Origin: Microcystis aeruginosa NIES-843
Lineage (GTDB): Bacteria; Cyanobacteriota; Cyanobacteriia; Cyanobacteriales; Microcystaceae
DNA length: 32,000 bases
Direction: 5' to 3'
Assembly: GCF_000010625.1 (NCBI RefSeq)
Contig: NC_010296.1
Span: forward strand, 1,590,001-1,622,000
The stretch's first letter is position 1, and each line of letters starts with the position of its first letter. Made by a program: the position numbers and the translations under genes. The notes below the pieces were generated by a model. The model searched no databases. It was not told the DNA's origin and saw only the letters and a program-made list of their open reading frames with translations. Below are positions 1 through 9,255 of this stretch, one piece after another.

Positions 1-1
1 T

Positions 2-421
2 GCTAAACAAATGAATGCTCGCTGGGTGCGGGGTTGTTATTTCAAAAATTATGGGGCTTCTTTAATGTTAGGGGTAGCAGTACCGATTCCAATTTTAAGC
101 GAGGAAATCGTTCGACATTGTGCGGTAAAAGATGAGGAAATTGTCGCTCCAGTGGTGGATTTTTCTATTCCCCGGCGAGTCCGTCCTACCTTTGGTTTAA
201 TCACCTACGCTAAACTAAAAAGCGGTCGGATTATGATCGAGGGAAAAAGTGTTAGGGTGGCTCCTTTGGCCAGTATTTCCTTGGCTCGGGAAGCCGCTTT
301 AGAATTAAAAGCACTAATCGAATCGGGAGAATTTACCCTCACAGAACCCGTGGCAAAAATTAATCTAGAGCGGACTTTTATACCCCAGGATCGTTGGGGT
401 GGAAAATTATCAATTGAGTGA
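2..421 (+). CDS. Homocysteine biosynthesis protein family (COG1900/DUF39), C-terminal part; 5' end lies outside the window
   Basis: The frame is open from base 2 with no stop before the ATG at 11. The translation (GASLMLGVAVPIPIL..., LTEPVAKI) resembles my recollection of the C-terminal region of DUF39/COG1900 proteins. Confidence 0.7.
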   Translation, partial: AKQMNARWVRGCYFKNYGASLMLGVAVPIPILSEEIVRHCAVKDEEIVAPVVDFSIPRRVRPTFGLITYAKLKSGRIMIEGKSVRVAPLASISLAREAALELKALIESGEFTLTEPVAKINLERTFIPQDRWGGKLSIE

Positions 422-640
422 GGAGTTAAAGGATTGCGTGCAGGTGGCACAACTACAATTAAGATGACGTAAAATCGGATTTTCTTCGCCGGTTGTCTTG
501 CCGATAATCATGTCACCTAAGTTCTCGGTGTTGAAACTAGGATGAAAGGACTCTGGGGCAGCTTGTACGGAGTTAGTGGTAACTAATAGGGCTAATAAAC
601 TAGCGGAAGCAGTGGCAAGAATAAAGACTTTTTGATTCAT
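410..640 (-). CDS. Small secreted hypothetical protein (76 aa from the ATG at 640)
   Basis: MNQKVFILATASASLLALLVTTNSVQA looks like a signal peptide. The mature part contains CSCATC. The listed 87-aa ORF begins at a GTG 33 nt upstream. I recognise no family. Confidence 0.4.
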   Translation of the reverse strand: MNQKVFILATASASLLALLVTTNSVQAAPESFHPSFNTENLGDMIIGKTTGEENPILRHLNCSCATCTQSFNSSLN

Positions 641-699
641 AAGTTTGCGGGAATTATTAGCAATGAATACCACTGATTATAGCACCCTCCTTGCCGATG

Positions 700-1105
700 A
701 GGAGATATTCTAATCATAAGAGTCAGAGAGGGCTAACCGTCAAATTAGCCAGATTGCGAATTTCTACTTTTTGTTCTTGGGCGGCAATTTCTCCGGCTTT
801 TTGTAACAACTTGAGGGCACTTTCCTTAATTCCGCTTTCCCTAAAAGGGCGGGTAATACTAAATCCTGTTTAAAAGGTATTATTAGGAGAATGGGAAGCG
901 GGAAGCGGGGAGAAACAATCCAGATCTTGCGGATTTTTGCTTAACTCATCCCGATAGTTTCTGAATATCGGGAGCGGATTTTGTCGGTGAATCAGCACGA
1001 AATTGGGCGTAACCACCCGCTAAAAAAACGGTTTTACCCACGCCGCGTTGACCGATACCGAGTAAATTAAAAGGGGGGGGTTGTTGTGGGTGATAATATT
1101 TTCAT
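700..1105 (-). pseudogene. Decayed P-loop NTPase remnant with a TPR-like tail, broken over three frames
   Basis: The minus strand reads MKILSPTTTPP, then a G8 tract (1073-1080), then in the next frame FNLLGIGQRGVGKTVFLAGGYAQ (Walker A GxxGxGKT) ending at the TGA at 947-949. A further frame gives GIKESALKLLQKAGEIAAQEQKVEIRNLANL. Confidence 0.3.
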
Positions 1106-1264
1106 GAGCAAATTACAGCGTTTCTCAGATACATGAGGTTGGTTCTTGCATCTGAAATACTTGATTATCGACGATTGGTCTGTGCTTCACCTTTACGAGA
1201 AAGGCTGTAATAGAGTAATCTAATTAGCTAATCGATCAATTTTTGGCAAGCACCTCCCAATTTA

Positions 1265-2785
1265 ATGACAAAAAAGACAGCTTATCATCTTAATACACCC
1301 ATAATTATACCCACGATCGCCTGTTTAGCCATTCTGTTAATTCTCGTGATAGCAGAAATTAGCGTGGCCCAGACGGCAACTAGCGACAATAGCGAGGCTT
1401 TATACCGAGAATTAAGGGTGAAAATCGATACTTTATGGGTAATTTTCACCGCTTGCCTTGTCTTTTTTATGAATGCCGGCTTTGCCATGCTAGAGTCTGG
1501 TTTTTGCCGCTCGAAAAATACCGTTAATATCTTAACCAAAAACTTAATTGTTTTTGCCTTGACAACGATCGCTTTTTGGTCTTTTGGTTTCGGCTTAATG
1601 TTTAGTCAAGGTAACGGTTTTGTCGGTCTTAGCGGTTTTTTTGTGCTAGGAGCCGATAATAGCCCCAATACTGGTCTCAACTATCTTGGCATCTTTCCCT
1701 CCCTTTCTTGGGCGGGCATACCTCTACAGGCTAAATTTTTCTTTCAATTAGTCTTTGCCGGCACTGCGGCCACGATTGTTTCGGGGGCAGTGGCCGAAAG
1801 AATCAAATTTCTGGCTTTTTTCCTGTTTAGTCTGCTATTAGTGGCTTTTATCTACCCGATCACCGGTCACTGGATTTGGGGAGGAGGTTGGTTAGCGCGG
1901 CTCAATTTTTGGGATTTTGCCGGTTCTACGGTAGTACACACGGTCGGTGGTTGGGCCTCTCTCGTCGGGGCAGTGTTATTGGGGCCGCGTCTGGGCAAAT
2001 ATCAAGGCAGTAATTCCATGGCACTACCCGGTCACAATCTCACCCTCTCTACCCTCGGCTGTTTTATCCTCTGGTTAGGTTGGTTTGGTTTTAACCCCGG
2101 TTCCACCCTGGCGATGGAACCCGAGGCTATTTCCCGCATCCTCCTCAACACTAATATGTCGGCGGCCACCGGCGGCATCGCCGCAACCCTAACCGCTTGG
2201 CGCTATTTCGGTAAACCAGACCTCTCGGTGATTATCAATGGCATTCTCGGTGGTTTGGTGGCCATTACCGCTGCCTGTCCCTATGTACAGATCGGTTGGG
2301 CGGCAATTATCGGCATGATCAGCGGTATTTTAGTGGTTTTGAGCGTCGATTTCTTCGATCGCCTCCAGATTGACGATCCGGTTGGGGCGCTATCGGTACA
2401 TCTAGTCTGTGGTTTGTGGGGAACTTTTGCGGTAGCTTTATTTGCCGCCGGTATCGAGGCTAATTTTTATACCCAGGGACCGGTGAGGGGATTACTGTTG
2501 GGGGGAGGATTACCGGCAATTAAACAGGTATTCGTGCAACTTTTGGGCTGTGCGGCAGTTAGTCTTTATACTGTAATTGTCAGTTGGTCAGCATGGAAGG
2601 CGATCGATTTTTTCGTCGGTTTAAGGGTATCGACGGAAGCAGAATTGAGAGGACTGGATCTGAGCGAACACGGTTTACAAGCTTACAGTGGTTTTCTGTT
2701 TAAATCCGACCTTGCCCATAAGGTCTCGGCTATTATTCCCAAAAGAACCATTATTCCTCCCAAAGATCGGGGAGCGGATAAGTAG
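1265..2785 (+). CDS. amt: Ammonium transporter (Amt/MEP family)
   Basis: 506-aa polytopic membrane protein with Amt-typical stretches (FFMNAGFAMLESG, AGSTVVHTVGGW, LGWFGFNPGS, DDPVGALSVHLVCGLWG). Confidence 0.95.
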   Translation: MTKKTAYHLNTPIIIPTIACLAILLILVIAEISVAQTATSDNSEALYRELRVKIDTLWVIFTACLVFFMNAGFAMLESGFCRSKNTVNILTKNLIVFALTTIAFWSFGFGLMFSQGNGFVGLSGFFVLGADNSPNTGLNYLGIFPSLSWAGIPLQAKFFFQLVFAGTAATIVSGAVAERIKFLAFFLFSLLLVAFIYPITGHWIWGGGWLARLNFWDFAGSTVVHTVGGWASLVGAVLLGPRLGKYQGSNSMALPGHNLTLSTLGCFILWLGWFGFNPGSTLAMEPEAISRILLNTNMSAATGGIAATLTAWRYFGKPDLSVIINGILGGLVAITAACPYVQIGWAAIIGMISGILVVLSVDFFDRLQIDDPVGALSVHLVCGLWGTFAVALFAAGIEANFYTQGPVRGLLLGGGLPAIKQVFVQLLGCAAVSLYTVIVSWSAWKAIDFFVGLRVSTEAELRGLDLSEHGLQAYSGFLFKSDLAHKVSAIIPKRTIIPPKDRGADK

Positions 2786-2929
2786 TCTGGCAAAATTAAT
2801 TTCCTAGTCGAGACTCCAATTCAGTGATCAGTGATCAGATGTGAGTTTTCACTGTTGCCCCTTGCCTTCAGAAGCTGACTACTGACTCCTAACCAACCAC
2901 GACAATTTTTGATTTTGACCGGAGTCCCC

Positions 2930-4192
2930 TTATCGACCTAAAAGATTGGCAATATCAGCACATCCCCCCGGAATGGTTGCGCGGGACTTTTCCCCACACC
3001 AACGACAACAATAGTGACGTTGTTCCTCGCTCATATTTTTCACCCCGGTAAAATTGACATTTTCTACCACTGCTCCCGTGTGTTCTCCAGTGTCATAATT
3101 GGGGGGAACGCTGCGACTGCGGGGGGTAGCATTTTCTAGGGAACCATAAAATAAACGCATCCCTTTCATATCTGCCCCTCTTAAATTAGCTTCGTAGAGA
3201 ATTGTCCGCGATACATTTGCTTTCACCAAATCGCTATAACTTAAATCGGCCCGCACCATATTCGCTTCGCTTAAATCCGTCCAGCGCAAATCCTGCCCAG
3301 AAATGTCGGACCCCGCTAACATTACCCCCAATTGTACTACTCTTGTACCGAACTCTCGATCCTCCGCATAACCCCCTTCCCCGTCTAGAATCGGTCTGCC
3401 TAGATAACGATCGCGTTTAATCGGTGATAATAGCCGCGATTGACTCAAAAAACGCAGTATTTTCGCTTTTCCAGAGGCATCGACACTGCTGAGGATGGAA
3501 GCGGTGCGACCTTCTGCGATCGCTCTTTCCTGGGGCCAATCTTCTAAAAATCCCTCCTCATCCAAGGCTAGATCGGAAATCCCTTGAAAATAGGAATCGA
3601 TCGTCTGTTGTTGGGTAATGCGATTTTGTTGTATGGTTAAATCCTTAGAAATAACGTACTGTTCCCAGGCCACATAGACAGCTAACACGGCGATCATAAT
3701 CTGTCCCAAAGCCCCCACCCACTCGGCCCAGGAACCAAACTCATCGTATTTAAAACTCTCTAACCATCGCAATATGCGCTCGTAAACTCCTAAATATTTC
3801 CCTAATGCTGCCAGAGCAGCTATAAAAACTATAAAGGCAAAAACCGTCTGACGTTCAGAGGGGGTGAGATAATGGGCGATCCACTGGCGAATAGAGGGCA
3901 AAATCACCTGTAAAGATATTAATATCGCTACTATCGCCCCAGAAAAGCCTAACCAGTCCCAGCTAAAGACCAGGCCGATGGTCATCACCATCAGGGGGGC
4001 CAGTAGTAACCCCGCGTTACCCGGTCGAAGATCTTTTAATAGTAGGATGCGCTGACGCACGGGATTACGCGAAGATAAAGAGGAGACGTATTCAGAAGCA
4101 TCGGGGGGCGATAAACTGGTTTTACCGTTATTTTCGGGGTTATCGTCCCTATTTTCCGCGGCGAGTTTTTCTGGGTCTTTGCGATCGCTCAT
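2930..4192 (-). CDS. Membrane-anchored pentapeptide-repeat protein
   Basis: The C-terminal half carries A(D/N)LXX-type repeats (RWTDLSEANMVRADLSYSDLVKANVSRTILYEANLRGADMKG), and several TM helices lie in the middle. I prefer the ATG at 4192 (MSDRKDPEK) because the longer ORF extension runs into the IS left end. Confidence 0.8.
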   Translation of the reverse strand: MSDRKDPEKLAAENRDDNPENNGKTSLSPPDASEYVSSLSSRNPVRQRILLLKDLRPGNAGLLLAPLMVMTIGLVFSWDWLGFSGAIVAILISLQVILPSIRQWIAHYLTPSERQTVFAFIVFIAALAALGKYLGVYERILRWLESFKYDEFGSWAEWVGALGQIMIAVLAVYVAWEQYVISKDLTIQQNRITQQQTIDSYFQGISDLALDEEGFLEDWPQERAIAEGRTASILSSVDASGKAKILRFLSQSRLLSPIKRDRYLGRPILDGEGGYAEDREFGTRVVQLGVMLAGSDISGQDLRWTDLSEANMVRADLSYSDLVKANVSRTILYEANLRGADMKGMRLFYGSLENATPRSRSVPPNYDTGEHTGAVVENVNFTGVKNMSEEQRHYCCRWCGEKSRATIPGGCADIANLLGR

Positions 4193-4282
4193 CGAAAATT
4201 TGGGTCTGAAACCCCGTCGTTCTACGACGGCTTTACTGTTAAATATTAGCACATTTACGAAATATATGCTAAAACGTGAGGT

Positions 4283-5470
4283 ATGGAAAAAGCCTATTCG
4301 TTTCGATTTTACCCAACACCCGAACAAGAGTCGCTATTGCGGCGCACTTTGGGCTGTGTAAGATTAGTTTACAACAAAGCTCTCCACGAACGAACACAAG
4401 CTTGGTACGAAAAGCAAGAAAGAGTAGGATATGCTGAAACTTCTTCAATGCTAACCGAGTGGAAAAAACAAGAAGAATTAGACTTTCTCAACGAGGTAAG
4501 CTGTGTACCTTTACAACAAGGGTTAAGACATTTACAAACAGCTTTCACTAATTTCTTTGCTGGTCGTACTAAGTATCCTAACTTTAAGAAAAAACATCAG
4601 GGAGGAAGTGCCGAATTTACCAAGTCTGCTTTTAAATTTAAAGACAAACAAATCTATTTAGCCAAATGCACAGAACCTTTACCTATTCGATGGTCAAGAC
4701 AAATTCCAGAAAGCTGTGAACCAAGCACAGTAACAGTCAGATTACATCCTTCTGGACGTTGGCATATTTCAATTAGATTTGATGACCCAACAATTAAGCC
4801 ATTACCCCCAACCGATAAAGCCATCGGAATTGACTTAGGAATTAGTAGCCTAGTAATTACCAGCGACGGCGATAAAGTATCTAATCCTAAGCATTTTAAG
4901 AAACATTATCAGAGGTTGCGAAAGGCCCAAAAAAATCTTTCTAGAAAACAGAAAGACTCAAAGAATCGAGAAAAGGCAAAAATCAAAGTAGCCAAAATTC
5001 ACGCTCAAATCACCGATAGCAGAAAAGACCATTTACATAAGCTAACCACTCAATTAGTTCGTGAAAACAAAACGATTGTGGTTGAGAATTTAGCCGTTAA
5101 GAATATGGTCAAAAACCCGAAATTATCTCAGGCAATATCTGATGTAAGCTGGGGAGAAATAACCCGACAATTAGCCTATAAATGCCGTTGGTATGGGAGA
5201 AACTACATCGAAATAGATAGATGGTTTCCTAGCTCTAAAAGGTGTAGTAATTGCGGGTATATTGCTGAGAAAATGCCGTTAAATGTTCGAGAATGGGACT
5301 GTCCAGACTGTGGGACACACCATGACCGAGATATTAACGCCAGTAAAAATATTTTGGCCGCAGGGCTTGCGGTGTCAGTCTGTAGAGCGACTATAAGACC
5401 AGAACAGAGTAAATCTGTTAAGGCAGGTGCGAAAAATCCTTCGGGACAGAAGCAGAAACCTAAATCGTGA
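4283..5470 (+). CDS. tnpB: TnpB (OrfB_IS605) RNA-guided endonuclease, apparently intact
   Basis: 395 aa. The RuvC triad is visible (IGIDLG, VVENL, HDRDINAS), as is the zinc finger CSNCG...CPDCG. The N-terminus has the typical YRFYPTPEQ motif. Confidence 0.95.
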   Translation: MEKAYSFRFYPTPEQESLLRRTLGCVRLVYNKALHERTQAWYEKQERVGYAETSSMLTEWKKQEELDFLNEVSCVPLQQGLRHLQTAFTNFFAGRTKYPNFKKKHQGGSAEFTKSAFKFKDKQIYLAKCTEPLPIRWSRQIPESCEPSTVTVRLHPSGRWHISIRFDDPTIKPLPPTDKAIGIDLGISSLVITSDGDKVSNPKHFKKHYQRLRKAQKNLSRKQKDSKNREKAKIKVAKIHAQITDSRKDHLHKLTTQLVRENKTIVVENLAVKNMVKNPKLSQAISDVSWGEITRQLAYKCRWYGRNYIEIDRWFPSSKRCSNCGYIAEKMPLNVREWDCPDCGTHHDRDINASKNILAAGLAVSVCRATIRPEQSKSVKAGAKNPSGQKQKPKS

Positions 5471-5512
5471 GGTTTGGGAATCACCGTCCGTTTACGGCGG
5501 TGAGGATGTCAA
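5383..5512 (+). ncRNA. Predicted omega-RNA (reRNA) scaffold overlapping the tnpB 3' end and the right end
   Basis: The position is predicted by analogy with characterised TnpB elements. It contains the RE hairpin, and 5383-5428 is the block conserved in the mini-copy (10999-11044). The 5' boundary is not determined, and a guide would continue past 5512. Confidence 0.4.
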
Positions 5513-5513
5513 G

Positions 5514-6182
5514 TTAATCCTTGTCAAGAGAAAATAATTCCACACCGAAAACTGAGGCGAAAACTCTCGATAAATCTTGCTGTACTTGCATAAGACTAAT
5601 ATTAGGCAGAAACTGCCGTAAACTGCCCACGGGTTTATTAGCAATCCCACAGGGAATAATCTCGGCAAAACCGCTTAAATCTGGACAAACATTGATGGCA
5701 AAACCATGATAGGTAATCCAATGACTAACTTTAATACCGATCGCCGCTATTTTATACCCTTCTACCCATACCCCCGTCAGGCCCGCGATTCTTTCCCCCG
5801 ACAATCCATAAATAGCGATAGTTTGCAGGATGACTTCTTCTAATTGTCGCAAATACCAGTGTAAATCCTGCCGATAATAGCGCAAATTGAGGATCGGATA
5901 GCCCACTAACTGCCCCGGACAGTGATAGGTGACTTCGCCTCCTCGCTCGATTCGGTACACTTCTTTGTCGGTTTTGTCAAGATTAAATTTAATAAACTTA
6001 ATATCTGAACCAGTACCGAGGGTGTAAACGGGGGGATGTTCCAGCAGCAGCAGCACATCGGGTAAGTCAGGATTAGCAATTCTCGCCTCCACCAGCGATC
6101 GCTGGTGCGACCAAGCGAGAGAATAGGGAGTAATTGCCTGAATTTTTAGCCCACAGAGACGAGGCATTTTTTGAGCATTCAT
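5514..6182 (-). CDS. lipB: Octanoyl-[ACP]:protein N-octanoyltransferase LipB
   Basis: Shows [39 protein letters not shown] and GFAINV, which are LipB hallmarks including the catalytic-region C and K. Confidence 0.9.
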   Translation of the reverse strand: MNAQKMPRLCGLKIQAITPYSLAWSHQRSLVEARIANPDLPDVLLLLEHPPVYTLGTGSDIKFIKFNLDKTDKEVYRIERGGEVTYHCPGQLVGYPILNLRYYRQDLHWYLRQLEEVILQTIAIYGLSGERIAGLTGVWVEGYKIAAIGIKVSHWITYHGFAINVCPDLSGFAEIIPCGIANKPVGSLRQFLPNISLMQVQQDLSRVFASVFGVELFSLDKD

Positions 6183-6257
6183 CGAGAGATGTGATTGTTC
6201 AAATTATTTAAGAAATGTGGAAGATCACCAAGGAAAATTAAAAGAAGGGAAGAATAG

Positions 6258-6530
6258 ATGTTGGGGAGAATAATAAGCACTAATCTAAAGTTATCTCATC
6301 TATCATCTCTTGGGATCAGTATCCTCCAGTTTATCCTCATCGGCGCAAAAAAAGCACCAAAACAAGTTCAATCCTTGATTGAGCAAACCCACCAACAGGT
6401 TGTTGACCCTAACAATCAAAGAAATGTTATCGAGTTAATCGAGAAGATTATTATCTACAAATTTACTCACCATGGCACTGCTCTAAGATGGAGACAATCA
6501 ATTATGCTAGGTGTTCACGCATTAAAACAA
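6258..6530 (+). pseudogene. Remnant resembling the C-terminal part of Rpn-family/DUF4351 putative transposases
   Basis: NVIELIEKIIIYKFTH...MLGVHALKQ resembles the conserved LIETIxVYKLP...MLGLSELKQ region. No nuclease domain lies upstream. Confidence 0.3.
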
Positions 6531-6758
6531 CTCTATGAGATTGATGACTCTCAATGGCTAGGAGAAACCATTAGCCTACTCAGAAATCATTAATTTCAAC
6601 AGCTAGACTTAGAACATTTAATCGAGGAATTAGAGGATTTGGGCAAAGAAAAGAAAAATGCTGTAGCCAGTCTTTTAGAACAGGTTATCCGCCATTTATT
6701 ATTCCTGCAATACTGGAGCAAGGAAGCAGAATATAAGACAATTTATTGGCAGGAATAA
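6531..6758 (+). pseudogene. DUF29-family remnant with an in-frame TAA
   Basis: LYEIDDSQWLGETISLLRNH, then TAA (6591-6593), then in the same frame FQQLDLEHLIEELEDLGKEKKNAVASLLEQVIRHLLFLQYW. This is the typical DUF29 N-terminal pattern, and the C-terminus is truncated. Confidence 0.45.
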
Positions 6759-6808
6759 ATCGATAACTTCCGTACTCAATAAAATCAGGCTAGTATGTTT
6801 TCTGACTG

Positions 6809-8143
6809 CTATTTTTCAATTTTATTGGTGAGAGTTCCGACCACATCAATACCGAGGGTTTGATGGACACTGGCGAGGAATTGATTGACGATTTCGGGAT
6901 AGACTTTAATCAGGGTAGCGAGGGATTTCCCATCACCATTATCAACAATATTAACTCGCTCGAGGTGTAAGCGTTTAGGAATTTTGATCGCTTCTTCTAG
7001 GATAGTTTCTAACTGTTGAATCAAGAAAATTGCCTCTGCTTCGCTGCCGGTATTTTGCCAGACTTCCGCGAATAATTCGTTAACCAAGGCTTCAGCTTTG
7101 GCATTTTCTTCAAAAATTGCCGCTTCTCCTCTAGCGCGGAAAGTTTCGGCTTCCTGCTGCGCTTCTGCGGGTAAAACTTGATCTGCTTGGAGACGTAATC
7201 TTTCCAATTCTGCCCTAACCTGTTGCAATTTTTCCTCAACTATAGCACGTTTTTCCTTAGCGGCAGCAATAGTTATTTCTTCTTCGGATTTAGCCTGTTG
7301 TTCCAGTTTTGCCTTTAACTTTCTCAATTCGTTTTCTTGCTCTAAAATGATAATTTGATCGCGGGTTTTAGCTACGGTTGCCTGTTCCTCACATTCCGCA
7401 ACTATTTGTTCAGCTTCATTGAGTGCATTTGATTCAGCAATTTCAGCATCACGCATGACTAAAGCGATTCTTTCCCGTCCGAGGGAGTTAAGATAATCCA
7501 CGTCATCGGCAACATTTTGAATTTTGAGAGTATCAATTTCTAAACCGAGTTTAAACAGGTCTTGACTGACGTTACTGGTAATACTTTCGGCAAATTTTAG
7601 ACGATCTTCGTTCACTTGTTCGGGGGTCATTGTTGCGACTACACCCCGCAAGTTTCCTTCTAAAGTTTCTTTAGCTACGCGAATAATTTCTTCTCGATCT
7701 CGATCTAAAAAACGTTCGATCGCATTGCCGACTATTTCAGGTTTAGAACTAACTTTCACGTTAGCAATTGCCACTATATTCAGGGGAATATTGCCCTTAG
7801 AATAGGCATTTTTAATCTCAATTCTGATCGGGGTTGTGGTGACATCCATGCGTTTAACGGTTTCTAAAACTGGAATACGAATCGCCCGCCCCCCCGATAT
7901 CACTCGATACCCCACATCCTGTCTATCTTTTGATTTGCGTTTCATCCCACTCAGAATTACCACTTCATTGGGTTTACAAATACACAAAAAAGCATTGATA
8001 AACCAAATCGCACCAATCCCCAGAAATATCAATAAAGCAATGGGAACACTATTCAATAATAAATTACCAGCACTGTTGTTATTATTGTTGTCGTATTGAT
8101 TGGAATTGATTTGGATGAGATAGGAATTATTTTGACTATTCAT
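6809..8143 (-). CDS. Flotillin-like SPFH (band 7) domain protein
   Basis: 444 aa with an N-terminal TM helix, an SPFH core and a long Ala/Glu-rich coiled coil (EAQQEAETFRARGEAA). It is paired with an upstream NfeD-like gene. Confidence 0.9.
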   Translation of the reverse strand: MNSQNNSYLIQINSNQYDNNNNNSAGNLLLNSVPIALLIFLGIGAIWFINAFLCICKPNEVVILSGMKRKSKDRQDVGYRVISGGRAIRIPVLETVKRMDVTTTPIRIEIKNAYSKGNIPLNIVAIANVKVSSKPEIVGNAIERFLDRDREEIIRVAKETLEGNLRGVVATMTPEQVNEDRLKFAESITSNVSQDLFKLGLEIDTLKIQNVADDVDYLNSLGRERIALVMRDAEIAESNALNEAEQIVAECEEQATVAKTRDQIIILEQENELRKLKAKLEQQAKSEEEITIAAAKEKRAIVEEKLQQVRAELERLRLQADQVLPAEAQQEAETFRARGEAAIFEENAKAEALVNELFAEVWQNTGSEAEAIFLIQQLETILEEAIKIPKRLHLERVNIVDNGDGKSLATLIKVYPEIVNQFLASVHQTLGIDVVGTLTNKIEK

Positions 8144-8171
8144 AGTTAGTTACCCTTTGGTCTAGAAGAAA

Positions 8172-8513
8172 TTACAAATTTCCTCTGATATACTTTTCCG
8201 CAATGACTAAAACTTTATTGTCCTGGAAATTGAGGATAAATGCTTGATCCCCGACATTAAATTGTTCTTCCCCTTCCGTTATCGCTACTATATCGATCAG
8301 ACTATCCCCGACATTAACTCGCACTTTCCCCTTGCTATTTTTATCGAAGGGGATTTGAACAACTCCGATTAAACCGATGAGAGAGTGATGATCGACGATA
8401 CTATTTACCTGTTGGTTGCAGCGTCTTAACTTAACTAAAATTAGGAGTAGAATGGCCAAACCAATACCTACCCCTAAAGAAATTAAAACGATTGTGAGCA
8501 GTTGAGCATTCAT
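8172..8513 (-). CDS. NfeD-like membrane protein (flotillin partner)
   Basis: An N-terminal TM helix is followed by a short beta-rich C-terminal domain (GKVRVNVGDSLIDIVAIT). It sits 28 bp upstream of the flotillin gene on the same strand. Confidence 0.7.
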   Translation of the reverse strand: MNAQLLTIVLISLGVGIGLAILLLILVKLRRCNQQVNSIVDHHSLIGLIGVVQIPFDKNSKGKVRVNVGDSLIDIVAITEGEEQFNVGDQAFILNFQDNKVLVIAEKYIRGNL

Positions 8514-8561
8514 AGTTTAGTTATTTACCGTTATAGTTGCCCCCAATCTAATTACTGTTAA

Positions 8562-9128
8562 CTAATTCGAGACTTCGGCCATTTCAATCACGCGATCAGC
8601 ATTATCTTTGACCAAAAAATTTAAAGGTTTATTGCGACGAACTTTATACTTTAAGCGTCGTGATTCCACCCGCATCAGAATTTGTTCTAAACAATCGTGA
8701 TCAAAACAAACGTGACGATGACGATCCTTATAACCCGCGGTTGCTCCAGCAACGATGTGCAGTTGGGTATTTTTCTTTAACTGATACCATAAACCCTGGG
8801 GTTGATCTCCCAAAGAAGTATGAGCAGTAGTCACAGCCGGATTACTAGACATATAAAATGGGTCAATCATATTATTGCCCATCGTCTGCTCATAATTGTA
8901 ATAGTAATGGAGGGGAACATCGGCCGTGGGTAAATTTAAAAGTCCTTCATAAAATTGTCGGGCTGTCTCCAAATCTGTCACCATGATTGTATGAACTTTT
9001 GGGGCGCTGGTTAGAAACATCCACATGGCTAAAGCATAAGCGGCCAGAAGCATAACCATAATCCCCTGGGTGGACAGGAGAGTATCAAGGGGTAGGAAAG
9101 CGCCGAAGAAAAGATGATTTATCAACAC
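8562..9128 (-). CDS. VOC (glyoxalase/bleomycin-resistance/dioxygenase) family protein with an N-terminal TM segment
   Basis: HTIMVTDLETARQFYEGLLNL is the typical VOC first beta-alpha module, and HVCF follows later. Confidence 0.55.
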   Translation of the reverse strand: MLINHLFFGAFLPLDTLLSTQGIMVMLLAAYALAMWMFLTSAPKVHTIMVTDLETARQFYEGLLNLPTADVPLHYYYNYEQTMGNNMIDPFYMSSNPAVTTAHTSLGDQPQGLWYQLKKNTQLHIVAGATAGYKDRHRHVCFDHDCLEQILMRVESRRLKYKVRRNKPLNFLVKDNADRVIEMAEVSN

Positions 9129-9255
9129 TGATGTGATCCTATTGCCTAAGAATTTCTATCATTCCCTAATTATAATCACGACGCTGAAACTTAAGTGAAC
9201 AGGGTGGGGAGTTACCGAGTTCCGTACATTTGTATTAAAATGCTCCCTACCCAGT

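Larger units (their letters stand above)
4189..5512 (+). mobile_element. IS200/IS605-family element, IS1341-type (tnpB only, no tnpA)
   Basis: Subterminal hairpins lie at both ends: LE CCGTCGT-tct-ACGACGG (4214-4230) and RE CACCGTCCG-ttta-CGGCGGTG (5482-5502). The right terminus is GAGGATGTCAA. Both ends recur in the mini-copy at 10904-11079. No Y1 transposase gene is present. Confidence 0.85.

Noticed and set aside
691-873. 60-aa plus-strand ORF
   Set aside because: It starts at a non-ATG codon and is antisense to the TPR-like remnant of the decayed P-loop gene.
1100-1264. NtcA binding site (GTA-N8-TAC) upstream of amt
   Set aside because: The best candidates (GTAATAGAGTAATC at about 1206; GTTTCTCAGATAC at about 1121) miss the conserved TAC half-site or have the wrong spacing. 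I cannot support a call.
1285-1539. 84-aa minus-strand ORF
   Set aside because: It is antisense within the ammonium transporter gene, a shadow ORF.
5203-5484. 93-aa minus-strand ORF
   Set aside because: It is antisense to the tnpB 3' end and predicted omega-RNA region, with no family resemblance.
7021-8099. ORFs 7021-7239 (-) and 7836-8099 (+)
   Set aside because: They are embedded in or antisense to the flotillin gene, and their composition is driven by the Glu/Ala/Lys-rich coding frame.
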